Notes under the pieces: generated by a model
The model's input: only the letters and a program-made list of their open reading frames with translations
What the model was told of the DNA's origin: nothing
Databases searched by the model: none
Program-made: the position numbers and the translations under genes
Assembly: GCA_964016885.1 (NCBI GenBank)
Contig: OZ024753.1
Location: 16,182,001 to 16,246,000, forward strand
Source of the DNA: Eledone cirrhosa
Lineage: Eukaryota
Reading direction: 5' to 3'
Length of the DNA stretch: 64,000 bases
Shown here: positions 54,701 through 64,000 of the stretch, piece by piece
Layout of the letters: each line of letters opens with the position of its first letter
Position numbering within the stretch: position 1 is the first letter of the stretch

Positions 54701-57700
54701 ACTACAGTTGTTACTACAGTTGTTGCTACTGCTGCAGTTGTTACTACAGTTGTTGCTACAGTTGTTGCTATTGCTGCAGTTGTTACTACAGTTGTTACTA
54801 CAGTTGTTACTACAGTTGTTGCTACTGCTGCAGTTGTTACTACAGTTGTTGCTACTACAGTTGTTGCTACAGTTGTTGCTACTGCTGCAGTTGTTACTAC
54901 AGTTGTTGCTACTACAGTTGTTACTACAGTTGTTGCTACTGCTGCAGTTGTTACTACAGTTGTTGCTACTGCTGCAGTTGTTACTACAGTTGTTGCTACT
55001 GCTGCAGTTGTTACTACAGTTGTTGCTACTGCTGCAGTTGTTACTACAGTTGTTGCTACTGCTGCAGTTGTTACTACAGTTGTTGCTACTGCTGCAGTTG
55101 TTACTACAGTTGTTGCTACTACAGTTGGTGCTACTACAGTTGTTACTACAGTTGTTGCTACTGCTGCAGTTGTTACTACAGTTGTTGCTACTGCTGCAGT
55201 TGTTACTACAGTTGTTGCTACTGCTGCTGTTGTTACTACAGTTGTTGCTACTGCTGCTGTTGTTACTACAGTTGTTGCTACTGCTGCAGTTGTTGCTACA
55301 GTTGTTGCTACTGCTGCAGTTGTTACTACAGTTTTTGCTACTGCTGCAGTTGTTACTACAGTTGTTGCTACTGCTGCAGTTGTTGCTACTACAGTTGGTG
55401 CTACTACAGTTGTTACTACAGTTGTTGCTACTGCTGCAGTTGTTACTACAGTTGTTGCTACTGCTGCTGTTGTTACTACAGTTGTTGCTACTGCTGCTGT
55501 TGTTACTACAGTTGTTGCTACTGCTGCTGTTGTTACTACAGTTGTTGCTACTGCTGCTGTTGTTACTACAGTTGTTGCTACTGCTGCAGTTGTTACTACA
55601 GTTGTTGCTACTGCTGCAGTTGTTACTACAGTTGTTGCTACTGCTGCAGTTGTTACTACAGTTGTTGCTACTGCTGCAGTTGTTACTACAGTTGTTGCTA
55701 CTGCTGCAGTTGTTACTACAGTTGTTGCTACTGCTGCTGTTGTTACTACAGTTGTTGCTACTGCTGCAGTTGTTACTACAGTTGTTGCTACTGCTGCAGT
55801 TGTTACTACAGTTGTTGCTACTGCTGCAGTTGTTACTACAGTTGTTGCTACTGCTGCAGTTGTTACTACAGTTGTTGCTACTGCTGCGGTTGTTACTACA
55901 GTTGTTGCTACTGCTGCAGTTGTTAATACAGTTGTTGCTACTGCTGCAGTTGTTACCACAGTTGTTGCTACTGCTGCAGTTGTTACCACAGTTGTTGCTA
56001 CTACTGCAGTTGTTACTACAGTTGTTGCTACTGCTGCAGTTGTTGCTACAGTTGTTGCTACTGCTGCAGTTGTTGCTACAGTTGTAGCTACTGCTGCAGT
56101 TGTTACTACAGTTGTTGCTACTGCTGCAGTTGTTACTACAGTTGTTGTTACTACAGTTGTTACTACAGTTGTTGTTACTACAGTTGTTGCTACTGCTGCA
56201 GTTGTTGCTACAGTTGTTGCTACTGCTGCAGTTGTTACTACAGTTGTTACTACAGTTGTTGCTACTGCTGCAGTTATTGCTACAGTTGTTGCTACTGCTA
56301 CTGTTGTTACTGCAGTTGTTGCTAGTGCTGCAGTTGTTACTCCAGTTGTTGCTAGTGCTGCAGTTGTTACTCCAGTTGTTGCTACTGCTGCAGTTGTTAC
56401 TACAGTTGTTGCTACTGCTGCTGTTGTTACTACAGTTGTTGCTACTGCTGCTGTTGTTACTACAGCTGCAGTTGTTGCTACAGTTGTTGCTACTGCTGCA
56501 GTTGTTACTACAGTTGTTGCTACTGCTGCAGTTGTTACTACAGTTGTTGCTACTGCTGCAGTTGTTACTACAGTTGTTGCTACTGCTGCAGTTGTTACTA
56601 CAGTTGTTGCTACTGCTGCAGTTGTTACTACAGTTGTTGCTACTGCTGCAGTTGTTGCTACAGTTGTTGCTACTACAGTTGTTGCTACTGCTGCTGTTGT
56701 TACTACAGTTGTTGCTACTGCTGCAGTTGTTACTACAGTTGTTGCTACTGCTGCTGTTGTTGTTACTACAGTTGTTGCTACTGCTGCTGTTGTTACTACA
56801 GTTGTTGCTACTGCTGCAGTTGTTACTACAGTTGTTGCTACTGCTGCAGTTGTTACTACAGTTGTTGCTACTGCTGCAGTTGTTACTACAGTTGTTGCTA
56901 CTGCTGCAGTTGTTACTACAGTTGTTGCTACTGCTGCAGTTGTTACTACAGTTGTTGCTACTGCTGCAGTTGTTACTACAGTTGTTGCTACTGCTGCAGT
57001 TGTTACTACAGTTGTTGCTACTACAGTTGTTGCTACTGCTGCAGTTGTTACTACAGTTGTTGCTACTGCTGCAGTTGTTACTACTGTTGTTGCTACTGCT
57101 GCTGTTGTTACTACAGTTGTTGCTACTGCTGCAGTTGTTACTACAGTTGTTGCTACTGCTGCAGTTGTTACTACAGTTGTTGCTACTACAGTTGTTGCTA
57201 CTGCTGCAGTTGTTACTACAGTTGTTGCTACTGCTGCAGTTGTTACTACAGTTGTTGCTACTACAGTTGTTGCTACTGCAGTTGTTACTACAGTTGTTGC
57301 TACTACAGTTGTTACTACAGTTGTTGCTATTGCTGCAGTTGTTACTACAGTTGTTGCTACTACAGTTGTTGCTACAGTTGTTGCTATTGCTGCAGTTGTT
57401 ACTACAGTTGTTGCTACTGCTGCAGTTGTTACTACAGTTGTTGCTACTGCTGCAGTTGTTACTACAGTTGTTGCTACTGCTGCTGTTGTTACTACAGTTG
57501 TTACTACAGTTGTTACTACAGTTGTTGCTACTGCTGCAGTTGTTACTACAGTTGTTGCTACAGTTGTTGCTATTGCTGCAGTTGTTACTACAGTTGTTGC
57601 TACTGCTGCAGTTGTTACTACAGTTGTTGCTACTGCTGCAGTTGTTACTACAGTTGTTGCTACTGCTGCAGTTGTTACTACAGTTGTTGCTACTACAGTT

Positions 57701-60700
57701 GTTACTACAGTTGTTGCTACTACAGTTGTTGCTACAGTTGTTGCTACTACAGTTGTTGCTACAGTTGTTGCTACTGCTGCAGTTGTTACTACAGTTGTTA
57801 CTACAGTTGTTACTACAGTTGTTGTTACTACAGTTGTTGCTACTGCTGCAGTTGTTGCTACAGTTGTTGCTACTGCTGCAGTTGTTGCTACAGTTGTTAC
57901 TACAGTTGTTGCTACTGCTGCAGTTGTTGCTACAGTTGTTACTACAGTTGTTACTACAGTTGTTGCTAGTGCTGCAGTTGTTACTCCAGTTGTTGCTACT
58001 GCTGCAGTTGTTACTCCAGTTGTTGCTACTGCTGCTGTTGTTACTACAGTTGTTGCTACTGCTGCAGTTGTTGCTACAGTTGTTGCTACTACAGTTGTTG
58101 CTACTGCTGCTGTTGTTACTACAGTTGTTGCTACTGCTGCAGTTGTTACTACAGTTGTTGCTACTGCTGCTGTTGTTGTTACTACAGTTGTTGCTACTGC
58201 TGCTGTTGTTACTACAGTTGTTGCTACTGCTGCAGTTGTTACTACAGTTGTTGCTACTGCTGCAGTTGTTACTACAGTTGTTGCTAATGCTGCAGTTGTT
58301 ACTACAGTTGTTGCTACTACAGTTGTTGCTACTGCTGCTGTTACTACAGTTGTTGCTACTGCTGCAGTTGTTACTACAGTTGTTGCTACTGCTGCAGTTG
58401 TTACTACAGTTGTTGCTACTGCTGCTGTTGTTACTACAGTTGTTGCTACTGCTGCTGTTGTTACTACAGTTGTTGCTACTGCTGCAGTTGTTACTACAGT
58501 TGTTGCTACTGCTGCAGTTGTTACTACAGTTGTTGCTACTGCTGCAGTTGTTACTACAGTTGTTGCTACTGCTGCAGTTGTTACTACAGTTGTTGCTACT
58601 ACAGTTGTTGCTACTGCAGTTGTTACTACAGTTGTTGCTACTACAGTTGTTGCTACTGCAGTTGTTACTACAGTTGTTGCTACTACAGTTGTTGCTACTG
58701 CAGTTGTTACTACAGTTGTTGCTACTACAGTTGTTACTACAGTTGTTGCTATTGCTGCAGTTGTTACTACAGTTGTTGCTACTACAGTTGTTGCTACTGC
58801 TGCTGTTGTTACTACAATTGTTACTACAGTTGTTGCTACTGCTGCAGTTGTTACTACAGTTGTTGCTACTGCTGCTGTTGTTACTACAGTTGTTACTACA
58901 GTTGTTGCTACTGCTGCTGTTGTTACTACAGTTGTTACTACAGTTGTTGCTACTGCTGCAGTTGTTACTACAGTTGTTGCTACTGCTGCAGTTGTTACTA
59001 CAGTTGTTGCTACAGTTGTTGCTACTGCTGCAGTTGTTGCTACAGTTGTTGCTACTGCTGCAGTTGTTACTACAGTTGTTGCTACTGCTGCAGTTGTTGC
59101 TACAGTTGTTGCTACTGCTGCAGTTGTTGCTACAGTTGTTGCTACTGCTGCAGTTGTTGCTACAGTTGTTGCTACTGCTGCAGTTGTTGCTACAGTTGTT
59201 GCTACTGCTGCAGTTGTTGCTACAGTTGTTGCTACTGCTGCAGTTGTTGCTACAGTTGTTGCTACTGCTGCAGTTGTTGCTACAGTTGTTGCTACTGCTG
59301 CAGTTGTTGCTACAGTTGTTGCTACTGCTGCAGTTGTTGCTACAGTTGTTGCTACTGCTGCAGTTGTTGCTACAGTTGTTGCTACTGCTGCAGTTGTTGC
59401 TACAGTTGTTGCTACTGCTGCAGTTGTTGCTACAGTTGTTGCTACTGCTGCAGTTGTTGCTACAGTTGTTGCTACTGCTGCAGTTGTTGCTACAGTTGTT
59501 GCTACTGCTGCAGTTGTTGCTACAGTTGTTGCTACTGCTGCAGTTGTTGCTACAGTTGTTGCTACTGCTGCAGTTGTTGCTACAGTTGTTGCTACTGCTG
59601 CAGTTGTTGCTACAGTTGTTGCTACTGCTGCAGTTGTTGCTACAGTTGTTGCTACTGCTGCAGTTGTTGCTACTGCTGCAGTTGTTGCTACAGTTGTTGC
59701 CACTGCTGCAGTTGTTGCTACAGTTGTTGCCACTGCTGCAGTTGTTGCTACAGTTGTTGCCACTGCTGCAGTTGTTGCTACAGTTGTTGCTACTGCTGCA
59801 GTTGTTACTACAGTTGTTACTACAGTTGTTACTACAGTTGTTACTACAGTTGTTGCTACTGCTGCAGTTGTTGCTACAGTTGTTGCTACTGCTGCAGTTG
59901 TTGCTACAGTTGTTGCTACTGCTGCAGTTGTTACTACAGTTGTTACTACAGTTGTTGCTACTGCTGCAGTTGTTGCTACAGTTGTTGCTACTGCTGCAGT
60001 TGTTACTACAGTTGTTGCTACTGCTGCAGTTGTTACTACAGTTGTTGCTACTGCTGCAGTTGTTACTACAGTTGTTGCTACTGCTGCAGTTGTTACTACA
60101 GTTGTTGCTACTGCTGCAGTTGTTGCTACAGTTGTTGCTACAGTTGTTGCTACTGCTGCTGTTGTTACTACAGTTGTTGCTACTGCTGCTGTTGTTACTA
60201 CAGTTGTTGCTACTGCTGCTGTTGTTACAACAGTTGTTGCTACTGCTGCTGTTGTTACTACAGTTGTTGCTACTGCTGCTGTTGTTACTACAGTTGTTGC
60301 TACTGCTGCTGTTGTTACTACAGTTGTTGCTACTGCTGCTGTTGTTACTACAGTTGTTGCTACTGCTGCTGTTGCTACTACAGTTGTTGCTACTGCTGCT
60401 GTTGCTACTACAGTTGTTGCTACTGCTGCTGTTGTTACTACAGTTGTTGCTACTGCTGCAGTTGTTGCTACAGTTGTTGCTACTACAGTTGTTGCTACAG
60501 TTGTTGCTACTGCTGCAGTTGTTGCTACAGTTGTTGCTACTGCTGCAGTTGTTGCTACAGTTGTTGCTACTGCTGCAGTTGTTACTACAGTTGTTGCTAC
60601 TACAGTTGTTACTACTGCTGCAGTTGTTACTACAGTTGTTGCTACTGCTGCAGTTGTTACTACAGTTGTTGCTACTGCTGCAGTTGTTACTACAGTTGTT

Positions 60701-63700
60701 GCTACTGCTGCTGTTGTTACTACAGTTGTTGCTACTGCTGCTGTTGTTACTACAGTTGTTGCTACTGCTGCTGTTGTTACTACAGTTGTTGCTACTACAG
60801 TTGTTACTACAGTTGTTGCTACTACAGTTGTTGCTACAGTTGGTGCTACTACAGTTGTTGCTACAGTTGGTGCTACTACAGTTGTTGCTACAGTTGGTGC
60901 TACTACAGTTGTTACTACAGTTGGTGCTACTACAGTTGTTACTACAGTTGTTGCTACTGCTGCAGTTGTTACTACAGTTGTTGCTACTGCTGCAGTTGTT
61001 ACTACAGTTGTTGCTACTGCTGCAGTTGTTACTGCAGTTGTTGCTACTGCTGCTGTTGTTAATGCAGTTGTTGCTACTGCTGCAGTTGTTACTACAGTTG
61101 TTGCTACTGCTGCAGTTGTTACTACAGTTGTTGCTACTGCTGCAGTTGTTACTACAGTTGTTGCTACTGCTGCAGTTGTTACTACAGTTGTTGCTACTGC
61201 TGCAGTTGTTACTACAGTTGTTGCTACTGCTGCAGTTGTTACTACAGTTGTTGCTACTGCTGCAGTTGTTACTACAGTTGTTGCTACTGCTGCAGCTGTT
61301 GCTACTGCTGCAGTTGTTACTACAGTTGTTGCTACTGCTGCAGTTGTTGCTACAGTTGTTGCTACTGCTGCAGTTGTTGCTACAGTTGTTGCTACTGCTG
61401 CAGTTGTTGCTACAGTTGTTGCTACTGCTGCAGTTGTTGCTACAGTTGTTGCTACTGCTGCAGTTGTTGCTACAGTTGTTGCTACTGCTGCAGTTGTTGC
61501 TACAGTTGTTGCTACTGCTGCAGTTGTTGCTACAGTTGTTGCTACTGCTGCAGTTGTTGCTACAGTTGTTGCTACTGCTGCAGTTGTTGCTACAGTTGTT
61601 GCTACTGCTGCAGTTGTTGCTACAGTTGTTGCTACTGCTGCAGTTGTTGCTACAGTTGTTGCTACTGCTGCAGTTGTTGCTACAGTTGTTGCTACTGCTG
61701 CAGTTGTTGCTACAGTTGTTGCTACTGCTGCAGTTGTTGCTACAGTTGTTGCTACTGCTGCAGTTGTTGCTACAGTTGTTGCTACTGCTGCAGTTGTTGC
61801 TACAGTTGTTGCTACTGCTGCAGTTGTTGCTACAGTTGTTGCTACTGCTGCAGTTGTTGCTACAGTTGTTGCTACTGCTGCAGTTGTTGCTACAGTTGTT
61901 GCTACTGCTGCAGTTGTTGCTACAGTTGTTGCTACTGCTGCAGTTGTTGCTACAGTTGTTGCTACTGCTGCAGTTGTTGCTACAGTTGTTGCTACTGCTG
62001 CAGTTGTTGCTACAGTTGTTGCTACTGCTGCAGTTGTTGCTACAGTTGTTGCTACTGCTGCAGTTGTTGCTACAGTTGTTGCTACTGCTGCAGTTGTTGC
62101 TACAGTTGTTGCTACTGCTGCAGTTGTTGCTACAGTTGTTGCTACTGCTGCAGTTGTTGCTACAGTTGTTGCTACTGCTGCAGTTGTTGCTACAGTTGTT
62201 GCTACTGCTGCAGTTGTTGCTACAGTTGTTGCTACTGCTGCAGTTGTTGCTACAGTTGTTGCTACTGCTGCAGTTGTTGCTACAGTTGTTGCTACTGCTG
62301 CAGTTGTTGCTACAGTTGTTGCTACTGCTGCAGTTGTTGCTACAGTTGTTGCTACTGCTGCAGTTGTTGCTACAGTTGTTGCTACTGCTGCAGTTGTTGC
62401 TACAGTTGTTGCTACTGCTGCAGTTGTTGCTACAGTTGTTGCTACTGCTGCAGTTGTTGCTACAGTTGTTGCTACTGCTGCAGTTGTTACTACAGTTGTT
62501 ACTACAGTTGTTACTACAGTTGTTACTACAGTTGTTACTACAGTTGTTACTACAGTTGTTACTACAGTTGTTGCTACTGCTGCAGTTGTTACTACAGTTG
62601 TTGCTACTGCTGCAGTTGTTGCTACAGTTGTTGCTACTGCTGCAGTTGTTACTACAGTTGTTACTACAGTTGTTGCTACTACAGTTGTTGCTACTGCTGC
62701 AGTTGTTATACAGTTGTTGCTACTGCTGCTGTTGTTACTACAGTTGTTGCTACTGCTGCTGTTGTTACTACAGTTGTTGCTACTGCTGCTGTTGTTACTA
62801 CAGTTGTTGCTACTGCTGCTGTTGTTACTACAGTTGTTGCTACTGCTGCTGTTGTTACTACAGTTGTTGCTACTGCTGCAGTTGTTACTACAGTTGTTGC
62901 TACTGCTGCAGTTGTTACTACAGTTGTTGCTACTACAGTTGTTGCTACTACAGTTGTTGCTACTACAGTTGTTGCTACTGCTGCTGTTGTTACTACAGTT
63001 GTTGCTACTGCTGCAGTTGTTACTACAGTTGTTGCTACTGCTGCAGTTGTTACTACAGTTGTTGCTACTGCTGCAGTTGTTACTACAGTTGTTGCTACTG
63101 CTGCTGTTGTTACTACAGTTGTTGCTACTGCTGCTGTTGTTACTACAGTTGTTGCTACTGCTGCAGTTGTTACTACAGTTGTTGCTACTGCTGCAGTTGT
63201 TACTACAGTTGTTGCTACTGCTGCAGTTGTTACTACAGTTGTTGCTACTGCTGCAGTTGTTACTACAGTTGTTGCTACGACAGTTGTTGCTACAGTTGTT
63301 GCTACTGCTGCAGTTGTTACTACAGTTGTTGCTACTACAGTTGTTGCTACAGTTGTTGCTACTGCTGCAGTTGTTACTACAGTTGTTGCTACTGTGGCTG
63401 TTACTACAGTTGTTGCTACTGCTGCTGTTATTGCTGTTACTACAGTTGTTGCTATTGCTGCAGTTGTTGCTGTTACTACAGTTGTTGCTACTGCTGCTGT
63501 TGTTGCTACAGTTGTTGCTACTGCTGCTGTTGTTACTACAGTTGTTGCTACTGCTGCTGTTGTTACTACAGTTGTTGCTACTGCTGCTGTTGTTACTGCT
63601 GCTGTTGTTACTACAGTTGTTGCTACTGCTGCTGTTGTTACTACAGTTGTTGCTACTGCTGCAGTTGTTACTACAGTTGTTGCTACTGCTGCAGTTGTTA

Positions 63701-64000
63701 CTACAGTTGTTGCTACTGCTGCTGTTGTTACTACAGTTGTTGCTACTGCTGCTGTTGTTACTACAGTTGTTGCTACTGCTGCTGTTGTTACTACAGTTGT
63801 TGCTACTGCTGCTGTTGTTACTACAGTTGTTGCTACTGCTGCAGTTGTTACTACAGTTGTTGCTACTGCTGCAGTTGTTACTACAGTTGTTGCTACTGCT
63901 GCAGTTGTTACTACAGTTGTTGCTACTGCTGCTGTTGTTACTACAGTTGTTGCTACTGCTGCTGTTGTTACTACAGTTGTTGCTACTGCTGCTGTTGTTA
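45760..64000. repeat. Over 18-kb trinucleotide-based 30-bp minisatellite (GTTGTTACTACAGTTGTTGCTACTGCTGCA); minus strand reads (TTVVTTAAVA)n
   Basis: About 600 units running off the window end; one frameshift seen near 62709; coding status unresolved. Confidence 0.9.

Noticed and set aside
45774-56087. Leu/Gln-rich plus-strand ORFs
   Set aside because: Alternative-frame readings of the 30-bp minisatellite

Overview
Repeat-dominated, AT-rich animal genomic DNA. The SINE, MITE and microsatellite repertoire resembles an octopus/cephalopod genome, but that is inference. I can support no host protein-coding gene. The window holds four RTE-clade LINE copies plus a duplicated fragment; all sit in (TA)n tracts and all carry a PHD-type zinc finger inside the RT domain. 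It also holds an intact two-ORF L1/Tx1-type LINE inserted in a 72-bp satellite, which itself grew inside a TTAA/piggyBac-type MITE. Other elements are a degenerate Gypsy LTR element (5-bp TSD, no tRNA-type PBS, a hairpin there instead), a probable non-autonomous Helitron, several SINEs, kilobase (TA)n arrays and an over 18-kb 30-bp minisatellite that reads as a Thr/Ala/Val ORF. The most striking signal is four short fold-back (palindromic) elements with no evident sequence similarity, each next to TA runs. Three carry a minimal Penelope-type hammerhead ribozyme motif mirrored on both arms and the fourth carries only the 3' half of one. A fifth, non-palindromic hammerhead-bearing pLTR-like segment lies nearby.
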